A program made the translations under genes and the position numbers. A stretch of 64,000 bases of DNA from Pavona decussata. Lineage: Eukaryota. The notes beneath the pieces are model-generated. The model made no database searches. It worked only from the letters and a program-made list of their open reading frames with translations, and was not told the origin of the DNA. The stretch covers positions 806,001 to 870,000 of the forward strand of contig CDRNST010000213.1 in assembly GCA_977016875.1 (NCBI GenBank). The letters are read 5' to 3'. Below, piece after piece: positions 51,362 to 63,698 of the stretch (position 1 is the first letter of the stretch; each line of letters starts with the position of its first letter).

Positions 51362-54300
51362 CTTCACAGCTGAGGCCGGTCCACCCTGGGGTGCACTCAC
51401 ACTTGTATGCCCCTTGTGTTTCAGTACATGTCCCTCCATTCTGGCAAGGGTTTAGTGGAAGGCACTTTGATTCCTCTAGGGAATAAACAATGCACATAAT
51501 TTTAGGAAGGTTATTCAATAGCCCACGAATTTCCGGGATGATTTTCGTTCTGCTACCAGGCTTGTAATACCCATTAACGATCTTTTTTTGCTAATCTATA
51601 CCGTACACAAAACGTGTCATCGTCATGTAGGCTGAAAATTTGCTGAAACGTGGCAATGGCAATGGCCCCGGGCTTTTGTTTGTCTCGGCACTTAAGACGT
51701 TTTTGGCTACGCACGTGGCAGAAAACTTTTGGAACGATAAACTACAATTTGCTTTCTTCCGAAGTACCATGTACTTATATAACTCCAAAGTTTTGACCAT
51801 TCCTTGTACATATCATTATTAAACGCAAAAGTTGTCTTATAACAGTGTTGGTTGTGTATTGGAGAACGCTCGATCTTGCTTCATTCGTGGATAGATTAAA
51901 CAAAAGTTAGGAAGCCAGATGGAAATATAGCAAGAAATTTTTTTGCCTACTTTGGCAGATCCATCAGCCAGGAGCGTGGTGTGGTTCGTAATAAATAAGA
52001 ATCGTCGGAAATTATTGGTTTAGGACCGATGTTAGTTGATCTAAAAGACGAATTGAAGTCTTCTGTTCATTGGGAAATTTATTCCCGGGTACCGAGATGA
52101 AAAATGTCCAAAAGGTCCCCACAATACCCGTGGAACCACGCTCCGACTTGTCAGCGACCTTACAAGCCATGCGCAGTTGAAAATGTTTCGCCACGGACAG
52201 TCCCGGTATCCAGGCTGGAGTGTTCATATGGGAAAAATTTCCAGCTCGGTTACCGAGATCTCGTTAAAGGGGCCAGCCCTCCTTCTCATTTGAACACATC
52301 GAAATTTTTGTAGAGAAAAGATTGGCGAGGCGAGATCTCGGAAACCGAGCCAGTCCGGTCGATCGAGCTCATATGAAGAGGCCCTAAATCTGCTTCTCTA
52401 TAATCTCAACCTCTGTAAACGAAATGACGCTATTTTGCACTCTGTCCCAAGAATAAATTAGGAAATGGGAAAACTTGTAATTAATAACCATTCTTACAAT
52501 TTATTTGTGAGATTTTCAAAGGCGTTGTTTTCATCTCTTGTTTTAACGAGTCAAAAGGGCTACAAAAGATATTAAAAAATACTTTTAAAGACATTTTACT
52601 GCAGTAAATACTAAGGCTTATTGAAGCTCTAAAAGCTCACGGATTCTTTTACAATTTTAGATTCTGCTGCCACTTAATTCCAATAAAAAAATATCATTCG
52701 GGACAAACCAAAAATTAAACCACCAAGTACAGCATGTTAATTGCAAGTCTCGCAAATTTATTTATTTTATCTTTTTTATCACACTTTTCAAGTGTCGCAT
52801 CTCTTTTGATTGTCATTACATTCGTTGTTTTTGCCAGTTAAGTAAAACTTGTTTTTAACCGACTCTGTAACGCGTAATATTCAACAGACGATGGCAGATG
52901 AAACTCCCAAAATAGGTGTTAAAGTTAAAAAAATGTCTTGAAAAATTAAAACAAAAATCGTACTTTTCATCAAAGGTAACCAAAAGGTGCTTCAAAAAGA
53001 AAAAAAAAATAGAAAAGCCCTAACCAAAGCAGTTTCCAGGGATAGTTTTATTAGCTAAGGCACTATCTGGTGCAGTAAGTATCACCCTTCTTTGAGGTAT
53101 TACGTAGTACCTTGGCAGTTCTTTCCCATCCATCCTAATCGACAAATACAGGAATAAGAAGTCCCGTCAGATGAACAGGTGGCGCCGTTTTCACAAGGAG
53201 ACGGAAAACACGGATCTGGTTCTGAAAGACAATTAACTTTACCTAATGCCGAACTCTACTCTCTTGGACGAAGCTGTTATTTAACTTAACCATACTTAGC
53301 TGCTTATTTACACAGGTTTCCTCATGTTACGTTATTAAGGCTCCATTTGTTTGATCTAAGAAAAGGGACTCACTGAAACCATCGGGATCAATCAACCCGA
53401 TTATGTCTTGGAGGTTAGCCGGGGCTAGGTGCGAAAAAGAAAGTAGATGTTTTACACAAAACTAGTTATGAAATAAAAACATCGAAATCGTAAAGGTATT
53501 ATCACGTTCAAAACTCGTAACGCGTCACCATTTGAAACAAAGAAGTGTGTATGCAACCGTCAATATCTTAAATATTAAGTATAATTAAGTTCATTCGCAA
53601 TTACATGCCGCTTGTTGGTTAATAACGGTTAATGTAAATTGTTTCGTTGTGTACTTACTGTCGCAGTTCTTTCCGATAAATCCTTTACTGCAGGTACATT
53701 CGTAGTCGTGTTCCACTTGCGAGCAAACACCAAAGTTGCGACAAGGATTTGGTTTACACAAGTTTTGTTCTACCAAAAAAAATATATAAAACATTAGTTA
53801 AGTAGTCTCTACTTTAAGCCTGGTTTTCACTAGGACATAAGCATAAGCATGAACAGAAGCTCAAACTCTTCTTAAACAAGTGAGAACACTTGCGGCATAA
53901 GCACAAGAAGAACGAACGTGTTCGTTCTTCCTGTGCTTATGCTTATGCTTATGCTTATGTTATGTTATGTTTTCGCCAGTGAGAACAGGGACGACATAAG
54001 GACAAGCACAAGCACAAGGCAGTCAACCGTTTCGTCTGCCATCTTGCTTAACATTGAGGGGAGCTGGCATCGAGAATTCCGTCAAGAAATGGTTTTCTGT
54101 GCGTGCGTCTGTCCTTATGCTTATGTAGCTAGTGTTCTCACTTGCTTATCTTCATTCTTATGATTATGCTTATGCTTATGTCCTAATGAAAACCAGCCTT
54201 AAAACGTCAAAAAATACAAAGCACGCTTAGTATCGAAGGTGGAGGTAAGCAGAGGCTGCAGCTAGGTTTGAAAACTTCTTGGTAGAAACTCATCGAAGGA

Positions 54301-57278
54301 GACAATTAGGAGAGAAAGAAACACGGATCGTGATAATAATGATGACTAGTTGATAAGCAGTAATTTAGTTTAAAACCAAATTTAAATAAAATTCCAAGTG
54401 AAACTTTGAACTTTTGTTTTCTCTATTAGCATATAATGCGGTTCTATTCTATCAGTATTGTAAATGCTATTGTCTTTGTAAATGTATTGCAAATTGTAAC
54501 GTAAATGTAGTATTTTTCTTTTTTTTCCAAGATAAATGTTTATAATTATATTGTATAAAAACAATAAAGGTACCTCTAACAGTCCAACGCAAATGACGAC
54601 GAAGTCATAGAAAATGTGACGAGTAATCACAAGATGCAACACAAAGCAATCCCTTTGTATACTGGGACTTTTGATGCTATCCGTTTTTACGAGCCATTAA
54701 AATACTCCCAAAAGTGACAGGTTTTTTCTTTTTACCTTCACAGTGTTTTCCTTGAAATCCATCGGGGCAGTGGCATCGATAGGTGTTCATATAGGCAGAG
54801 CACGTCCCTCCATTAAGACAAAGGTTCACAATGCACTGACCGTTCATTATGGACTCTAAACAGAACGTTCACGAACAAAAATAATGATGTCGGGTATTAA
54901 GAGGCAGATGATGCACCGCTTGTAGTAGGTGCATTAAGAGAGAAGGAGCTAACAAAGAATGCAAGGAATCATGTATAATTAAACTTATAGCTTGGTATTC
55001 ATTCTGGATCCTGGCTGTCGTGTACAGATGAAGTGTTGATAGCTTGGAAGCGTTGTTGATAAAACTGCCGCCAAATCTTCTTTGCATGTTTACTTAAGAA
55101 GTGTCCATGAATTCTTTTTTGGAAGCTTCCCCAATTATTTCTTATTATTTTTTTACTCTAATTTATCGCTGATGGCTAATTTGTCTTAGCTTATTTCCAT
55201 TTCATGAGAATAAGCCAATAAGAACTTTCATCAATGCAGTACCAAATGCTCACTATCTCCGATGTAAGACGAGCAGATTGTAGTTCCTTTTTGTATAGCA
55301 ACTGATCTACTCTTTTGCACTTGCCTCCTTGGCAACGACATACACTTAGGAACGCTGTACCCCAATACACATGTCTATAGTATGGAAGTCCGAGTTTGGT
55401 CTATTCGATTCGCTGTTTTATCACTCATATTATGAAACTGTAATTACCTCCTCCATTGTCCACGTCCTCATGAATGTGATGATGATGGATCTCAATGGGT
55501 ACTGGGAAAGGAACTTTCTGAGGATACATGACCGGGTAAGGTACCCGGTGAATCATCAGTTGTGGTGGTGATGGCACAGGAACCGGATAGGGTTTCGGAG
55601 GAGAAGCAACAGGAAACGGAACTCTTCTTATTTCGGGTGGATACCGGATGTAAACTGGATACGGGACATGGTGTACTTGTGATGGTTGGGAAACCGCAAT
55701 AGGATAAAATATTCTTTGGATTTCTGGGGGTTCCTTGACGGGAACAGCGATAGGATAAGCAACACGTTGTATTTGTGGAGGCGAAGGGACTTCTACTGGA
55801 TACGGTACTGGTACATTTTTGATCTTTGGAGGGGATGGTACAGCGACAGGAATTTCTTGGATTTTTGGTGGAGAGGGCACGCCTACCGGCACCACTACCG
55901 GCTGTACGGAAGGTGGACCAGGTACAGGAACAGGATAAGGTACATGCTCTACTTTAGGTGGTGAGGGAACTGGTACAGGAAACGGAACCTTTTCAACGGC
56001 TGGTGGAGACGCCATAGGGGAAATGTCTATGGGTGGAGGCACCCCCTGAATATCAATAGGGTGTGGTGCCACAGGAACGTCCGTAGGTGGCATCATGGAA
56101 AAGTCCGGAGAATTGATTTCGGGGGTAACAGGTGCATCTATTAGAGGATGATTGTGGATTGGACCATCAGGATGAGGCATCATGTGAACATCGGGATACG
56201 GGAAGTTTCCCCCAGACGGAGGGTTTATAGGAGGAATCTGTCCACCCAACATATCTGGGGGAATCGAAGGCGGAACATTTATAGGGGGGAGTGGTTGAGG
56301 TATAATATTAGGTTGCGCTGGAGGTTCTAGTCTGGGAGGTGCATGAATATGAATGGCGTACGGAGGAGGTGGACCAAAGTGATGAAGATGAGAATGGTGA
56401 TGAGGAAGATTCAGAGGAACAGGAATGTGGTGTGGTGGCGGGCGACCAACCAAATTAATCGGAAATGGAAGCAACTGTCCAGAGTGTTTTATTGTGTGCA
56501 GGTGATTCTTACCACCATGGAAAAAGGGCCCTGGTCCTATCCCGTGCAAATGTCCAATGGCATGAAAAGGGCCTTGTCTTAAATGCACTGCGGCCTCATT
56601 AGGCCTGTGCACTGATGGAGTTTTCTGCTCAACGTATTCCGCTGGTGCACTATTGAAAAAGAAACGTGGCTTCATTTCACTCTTGACATCTGACCATTCA
56701 TGCCTTTTGTCCCATGCTTGGCTTTCTGTAGGTTTATCTGTAAGATTAGTTGTTCTATTTGAGCTGCGTTCACTTGTATCTGTCCCATTGCTAAATTGCT
56801 TATATGGCTTGTTAGGCGTAGCGCGAGTAGCAAAGTTCGATAACTCGCGAGGCTTTGAGTGATCCAGCGAGTCAAGCGCTTTAGCCAAGAAGACTGATTC
56901 TGTCCTGCGATTTCGAGTAAGCTTATCCCGCAATGTAATTTTACTTGTGGCAACATTTTTACTGCTCCATAAGCACGACGTTCCTTTACAAGGTATCCCC
57001 TTGCCACCATTAATTGTCTGCAGGTGGCTTTTGTTGTGCTCAGTTTCCCAACTATTCACATCACTGTCTCTTTGACCGCTTTCTTTCTTCCTCCCACGAG
57101 TAAAAGGTCTCACAGTTCTTTTTCCAGAATCGACGACGTTTTCTGTTCTGTCATTAAAACTCACCTGATTTTGTAACTTTTCTACATGGTGTTTACGAAG
57201 ACCTGCACTGGTGTTTGTTTCAACCCATTCCAATGTAATGAAAATGCGGAGGAAGCAAAGTTGGATTAAGAACTTCAT
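51362..57278 (-). CDS. Gene D: secreted protein with signal peptide, basic pro-region, His-rich block, Pro/Val/Tyr (VP[Y/F]PV) repeats and at least 4 EGF domains; terminal exon unresolved
   Basis: Exons 57278-55448 ([18 protein letters not shown]...; donor GGAG|gtaatt), 54855-54736 ([12 protein letters not shown]...), 53769-53659 ([12 protein letters not shown]...), 53221-53111 ([12 protein letters not shown]...) and 51475-51362 ([13 protein letters not shown]...). All are GT-AG phase 1. Confidence 0.85.
52052..52386. mobile_element. Non-autonomous DNA element remnant
   Basis: Repeated 'ttcat.tgggaaa..t..cc.g..c.g.taccgagat' units, ending catatgaagaggccc-taa. Confidence 0.5.
53815..54200. 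mobile_element. MITE with TIRs and (gcataa)/(ttatgc) subterminal repeats
   Basis: aagcctggttttcactaggacataagcataagcat...atgcttatgcttatgtcctaatgaaaaccagcctt, flanked by TTA and TAA. Confidence 0.8.
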
Positions 57279-58635
57279 TAGCGCACGTCATTTGAACAAT
57301 AACTACACATATCTGTCCTTCATGTTGTCAGAAAAAACTGCCAAGTGCCTGTTAGAAAAAGGAACCCTTGATCGAGAGTTTTTCACAAGAAGAAAAAGCG
57401 CAAAGCTGTGAAATTATCTCATCAGTTTCTATGAGTATGAAATATTAAACGCAATCGCAGATGGTTAATTTTAGAAGTAAAAGTCATCCTAATGAACCTA
57501 GCACTGAACCCAACATTCATGGTCGACCTTTTCAGTCAAAACTTGTCCATCCATTACCTAGACAACTTAAACACATACCATTGTAAGATAGTCAAGATAA
57601 TATACCTATGGTAGACAAAATTAAAAATAATTGCCGTTGACACCCCAGTGATAGATATCAGGTTAAATAATAATTACTGATCTATAAGTTGCCTTTTCAA
57701 AAGTACAGTCAGAAACACTAAAAACGTAACCGGTTAGTTTGATTTTCCAGATACAAGTCAGTTACTTTGTAGTTATGTTTGTAAAAGCAATTGCTATTCA
57801 TTTGCCAAACAGCTCATTCGACAGAGTTATCTATGTCGCTTACAATACTCATAGTCGCCCAACAGCTACGTTATTTTATCATTAGCTTATAACTGTGTGG
57901 GTCTCATGGATTTTCGCAGCAATTTAGGAAGACGTTTGGACACCAGTTAGTCGTTCTATTATAATTGATTTGTAATTTTGCGGGTGTCCTAGATTTTTAC
58001 GACAATCAAGGAAGACTATTATTCTACTATTGTATGGACAATATGGTTATGTCTTGGTGGATATAAAGTTTGTGGTACAAATAGATTCAGGCGTACACTA
58101 CGCGCTGCGAATAGTTCTCAAAATATCACTTGGTTTTAGACGGAATGCGAATAAAAAGGAAAAACGATTATGCACGGTTGTGGCGCCGACCCAATCTTTC
58201 AGTGCGTATTTTATCAACTATAACGTTTGCAAGGTTTTAAAACATCTTTTTTATACCATTTGATCTGAACCAAATACGGAGTTTGGACACACACTGATCT
58301 TGGAAGTTATGTTATGCTATACTAAAGCTAATCTGGTGACTTTCGTTTGTTCAAGAGGTGAAAAGAAAACAGTTTTTGACCTAACATAAAATGGTTCTTG
58401 CGTGAACAGGTGCCACTTTCATGGTCATTTTGACTATGGAACAAATAACACTAAAAACGTGTTTATAAGGTATAGCTTTGGCCAGGCTTGTAAAACTTTA
58501 ATAGCTTGAATATTACTACAGTGGTTTTCTATTTCTTGTTCAGTGTAACTTGTTTAAGTAGGATTTAATGCATTTTCACAGAAGAGGAAAGAGATGATAT
58601 CCCTTCAAGGAATGTGAACTGCGAGGGATTTCACC

Positions 58636-60391
58636 ATGCGGGAGGTTTTGGGATGTGTTTCTCTGGTGGAATGTCTGGCAGTGTGTTGCTTCTTCACCTT
58701 TATTGAGACTACAAATGTTGTTAGTGGATTAGGCCTTCAAAAAATAGATAACATGTCAGAAAAGACAAATAGCATTACAGGAAAACACGCTTTGATGCTT
58801 GAACAAAAATTTAATGTATTTCAAAAGAGGCAAAGTGGAAAGCGCTTACGAAAAAGGCGCCGACTACCAGGTACTTTATTTCATGGTAGGGAAGACATAG
58901 TTAGTAATCATTCAAAGAAAGTGAATGTGAAAGAAAACGGAATTACTTCAGGCGAACAGGAACCTGTTTTAAGTAAGAGGGACTACTTCTTTGCGCCAGC
59001 TTCGCCTTACGGACAAATGATGAATTCTGTTGACCGAAGGATGTTTCTGGTTCATCGTGGAGAAAGAGGTACATGTAGCTAGTTTAGCGACCTTTTTGTT
59101 GCACTTAATCTCGATTGGTATCTGAGTAATCATGTCTTTTGCTCGATTGTATGCCATTTATTGTTGACAGTTCCAAGACACAAACCTGTAAAGCTTGTTT
59201 TCATTATAATTAGTTCATTAAGCGGGATATGGGCTTAACGCGTCTCAAGTGAAGGGCTAGCGGATATATTTGCACTGTGAAATAATTTTGTCAGCTCCTT
59301 TTGATCAGGAGCCGTATAATACAGTAGACCCCTTATTTTCTGAGATACTCGACAGAAGCGAACCAACTGGTTTACAAAGCAGAAACTTACGATAGCGGGA
59401 AGTAAATCACTTTTGCAACTCTCCGTTCTTGATAAAGTATTTGGTCATCAAGTGGGAGGAAGTCTACCATGCTTAATAAGACTCGGCAACGATAACCATT
59501 TCGACACTTGTTTTTATGTCATCGAAACTAACTTAGCAACAATTAGTCAAAAACTAGCTGACGTAATTCTCATTTCATATCGACTGATCAGACAATTTGT
59601 GTTTTATGAATTAAACTGAACAAATAAGCGACTGACAAACTAGACTAGAAATGCGGAGAATATGAGAGGGCAATTTGAAGAATGACGTCTTTAGCCTTGA
59701 AGCAATGATATTTTCCTGTAAACTTCTCCACTTCAAGTTAACTTTAGCTTAACCAGAAGAACAAGCAAGCATAAAATAACTTTTCAACTTAACCTCATAT
59801 TTGTACAGGACCGTGTTTCTTCCACTCGTGTCATCATGGTGGAATGTGTGTTCCAAGACGCCATGGGTTCTATTGCGAATGTCTTCCGGGTTTTATGGGG
59901 ACAAAATGTGAAGGTTTGTGATACTAAAAAAAGTTTTATCATTAGCCATTGTTAGAGTAAAAAAAAATGTTCCGTATTTAACCTATTCGTATTCATCACA
60001 GTATCGTAGAAGATGCGAAATTTCTAGGCGATACAAAACCAGCAACTGTTTAGCGCTAGCCTCAAGGAAAGCCAGAAAAGTCCATTTCTCAGCCAAATCG
60101 TTATTGGTAATTATACTTTGTAATGCTTGCTTCGAATTTTAATACCAAAATCTTAGCTGTAATTGTTTATAACAGTGTAAAAACCACATCGGTAAATAAC
60201 TGTAGAGTTATGGTAAGGAAGAATTTTGTGTTAAGTTTGGAGCATTATAAAACAATTTGACTATACGAGTCTGCTCTCTGAGAGAAATACGAGACTTTTT
60301 GTAGTCTAGTTACGTTTTATTTAGAAAAGCTTTCATCAATTTTCAGAATTAAGTCTAATTAAATCCTCCATTTTCACAACAAAGCAGCAGT

Positions 60392-60422
<31 letters not shown>

Positions 60423-63400
60423 ATAGCAGTAGCAGTAGTAGTAGTGNNNNNNNNNNNNNNNNNNNNNNNNNNNNNNNNNNNNNNNNNNNNNNNNNNNNNN
60501 NNNNNNNNNNNNNNNNNNNNNNNNNNNNNNNNNNNNNNNNNNNNNNNNNNNNNNNNNNNNNNNNNNNNNNNNNNNNNNNNNNNNNNNNNNNNNNNNNNNN
60601 NNNNNNNNNNNNNNNNNNNNNNNNNNNNNNNNNNNNNNNNNNNNNNNNNNNNNNNNNNNNNNNNNNNNNNNNNNNAAGGGTTGTGATGATGGCAGTGGTG
60701 GTAGTAGCAAGAGACTCGGCTACTGATATAATGTAAAATACTGACTAGTCCGTCAGCCCTGCGATGAGAGTAAAGCAGGTACAGAGAAGGGATCAAGTTT
60801 ATGCTTGCAATGACTCCCTGCTAGTTAATGGATTACACAACATAACATCTAACAGGTTTTTCTTTGCGTTGTTCAATCATGCAGTTAAAAAAGAGTGCAA
60901 ACCTACAACGTGCAAAAATGGGGGAACGTGCACAGAAATAGCAATAGGAAGGCATCTGTGCACATGTCCAGTGGGTTTCCTTGGCGAGAATTGTGAAGGT
61001 GAGTGTTAACCGTAAATGGCGGGGAAAATTCTGTGCTATTCTCTTTGTTGTAATAACAGAAGCTGTATCCGTACATAACAACCTGCCCCATTAAATTCAG
61101 AGTCATTGCACATCCGTCTGTTCCTTACCGAGCCAGTTCATGGAATTAAAGTCGGCCTGATTCAGAAAATCGTTGTAGTGCACTTCGATACTGTCGGGCA
61201 GACAAATCGTAGCGTGTAAACCTGCCTTTGTAAAACCACGCGGAGGTATTCAAAGCAGTTTTTCTCACTTGTACAGATGTTACGGTAACTTTTTTAATGA
61301 ACGTTCTGTGATTCTAAGCAGTTTGTAACTCCCCTGGATGCATTGTGGTCAGGCAAAAACTCTTACTTCAAGGAGGTTTTTGTAATTGTTTAAAGTGTTT
61401 ACATGCTACGAATTGTCGGTTTAAACATTATCGCAAGGCGAATCACATATGTATTTAGAAACCCGATTTACGACCGATTCGTTAAATGAAAATCAGTCCT
61501 ATTCAGAAAATCTGTTGCGGTACAACATATTTTCCTCCACATCTGGCTGACACACTCAAAGAAACCGCCGCCTCAATCGGGACTCTAAATACACCTACGA
61601 TTTGCCCACCTACATTGTCGGGCCGACAAATGGGACCGACCAATCGAAGCGTTTAAACCGGCTTTAGGAATTCAGAACTATTGATATATAAGTTTTCATA
61701 TATGTCACGGCCTACAAGCCATCCTCCACCATTTTTGTCTTTGTTCCTTATTTAACTTGAAGTCATTTGTTAAAGTATTATTAAGGGCGGAAGCTTTTTC
61801 ATGAATAAACATATACAATAAATAATCTAACGACTCCTTTTGTCTGCATTCCTTGATAAAATCAAACATTATGGAACTATAATGTTATTTATGTCGCGAC
61901 ATGATGCCCACGTGATAATCCGTTGCTGTCATCGGTGCTAGGTATGTCTAACCAATGAGGTGTTAGGGCGGTTCCGACTAGGTTTATAGTCGAGATTCCT
62001 TGTCAAAAGCGGCCTTGCCATCAGAGTGTTCATATCAAGAGAGAAGGCAAATGTCGCGATATAAAATAGATTATACTTCTCCATGAAAAGCTGCTTCAAA
62101 GGTTAGCAATACGTGTTGACTGCCCCATTGCCTAAAAATGCTTCAAAATTGTTTTTGTTCCAGAGCAAAGCTATTGTCATCCGAATCCGTGCCTTAATGG
62201 AGGTACATGTAGTCAGTTGGATGAGTCATTCACCTGTGTGTGCCAGGAGGGCTACAAAGGAAAGAACTGTGAAGGTTGGTGAGCGGATATTTAAAGGTGC
62301 AGTGTCACCGATTTTTAATGTCACTATGAATAGCCCCCAAATGTATTTGTTTCAATGGAAATGATGTTTGAGTTTTGTTAACAATGACCCTACTAGTGCG
62401 TAGAAACTAATATTGATTATGTTTGGCTGCGGATGGCTAGGATAAAAGTGGATTGCAACTTGAAAAAATTGGCCAACTTTTTCAAGTTATTCCTGTGTAT
62501 TTTGGAGAAGTCACTAAAAACTGATCACAGTTTGTTCTTTCTAGGAGAAAAACCTTATTATTTTCCTCCTGATGTTGTAAGAACAATTTTAGGTTACAAC
62601 CAGGCTATTTATAAACCATTTAAACAGCTTTGGCCAAACTAAAGCAGAATCGCCGTGACAGTGTCTCTTTAAGATATCACTGTCTATGAGCATCCCTTAA
62701 ACCCTGCTTTGTTCCTTACAATTAGGCTCCGTCCATACTAGTGCGTTTTCGATTGAGACGCATGCTTTTTGATACACAAATCCTATCATCCATACTAAAA
62801 CGATCAAAAACGCTGTTAAAACAAAAGACTTGAAATTTTAGAAACGCATCTTTTTGTTAACGCTTCGTTTTTAATGTGGACAAGTTAAAACGAAAAATAC
62901 TGAAAACGATGACGTGGATAGCATCACACGACAACCAGTCCAAGCGTGAGCAAATTTTCATGCAACGACTGACAGGTACGTGCAGTCGTTTACATCGTTG
63001 TTGAGCGTCTTAGTGTGGACAGGTGAAAACGATACAAAACGCTTGCATGGACGGAAAGATTTCAGCGAGATGAAAAAACCTCATATCATGGTAGCGACAA
63101 TTCGTTGAAGCACTTTGCAGAATAATTCCTGCTTAATTAAACGAAAATGTTTACATGATATGAGAAATCAACTCTCTCATGAAAATAAGTAATTAATATA
63201 AATAAATAATTCAATAGTAGGATGCTCCCTAGCCTATGAAGATGGATAAAACATTAATTACTTTAATAGGTTTAGTGTATATTTTTTACATTTTTACTCA
63301 TAATAACGAAATCAATCAATGGACAAGATAAATAGCCTTGATGTGCTGCATTATAAACTCATTTTATCTACAGCCATTAACAAGTGCTCACCAAATCCCT

Positions 63401-63484
63401 GCAAAAATGCGGGCGCCTGTTTCGAATTGAACAACGATTACATTTGTAATTGTCCACAAGGCTTCAAAGGAAAAACCTGCGAAG
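58636..63484 (+). CDS. Gene E (3'-incomplete): secreted protein with signal peptide, basic pro-region and at least 4 EGF domains
   Basis: Exons 58636-59068 (MREVLGCVSLVECLAVCCFFTFI...; AGAG|gtacat), 59809-59913 (PCFFHSCHHGGMC...), 60885-60998 (CKPTTCKNGGTC...), 62164-62274 ([12 protein letters not shown]...) and 63374-63484 (CSPNPCKNAGAC...). All are GT-AG phase 1. The gene probably continues beyond the window. Confidence 0.85.
60383..60710. repeat. (CAG/TAG)n trinucleotide tract interrupted by an assembly gap (N 60447-60675)
   Basis: Direct reading. The gap lies in intron 2 of gene E. Confidence 0.9.
62291..62672. mobile_element. TTAA-flanked MITE
   Basis: ttaaAGGTGCAGTGTCAC...GTGACAGTGTCTCTttaa. 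Confidence 0.7.
62724..63054. mobile_element. MITE remnant
   Basis: aggctccgtccatactag.gcgtttt...aaaacgcttgcatggacgga inverted ends, with internal tgtggac repeats. Confidence 0.6.
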
Positions 63485-63698
63485 GTCAGTGCCTCCATTT
63501 ATACATTCTTAAACAAAATGAAATATTTTCCGATGAACAAGCAAACGATTTATTGACAGAATAAAAACCTGGAGTAATATTTTTCATCAAGAAAGAGGAA
63601 AGGGGAGACGACGAAAACACAAACAAAGAAACAACAAACAAACAAGCAAAAACACATCTCCACTAAAAAAAAAAAAAAAAAAACAATTTCATTTGCTT

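Noticed and set aside
55254-55354. Cys-containing stretch [11 protein letters not shown] after gene D exon 1
   Set aside because: Splice phases are incompatible with the phase-1 chain and it is not a full EGF.
60336-60796. Poly-Cys/Ala/His ORFs spanning the N gap
   Set aside because: Artefacts of a trinucleotide microsatellite and the assembly gap.
22801-63484. Naming the EGF genes as Notch, Delta, Crumbs or fibropellin
   Set aside because: No DSL, LNR, laminin-G, CUB, avidin or TM domains are seen, so no gene symbol can be supported.
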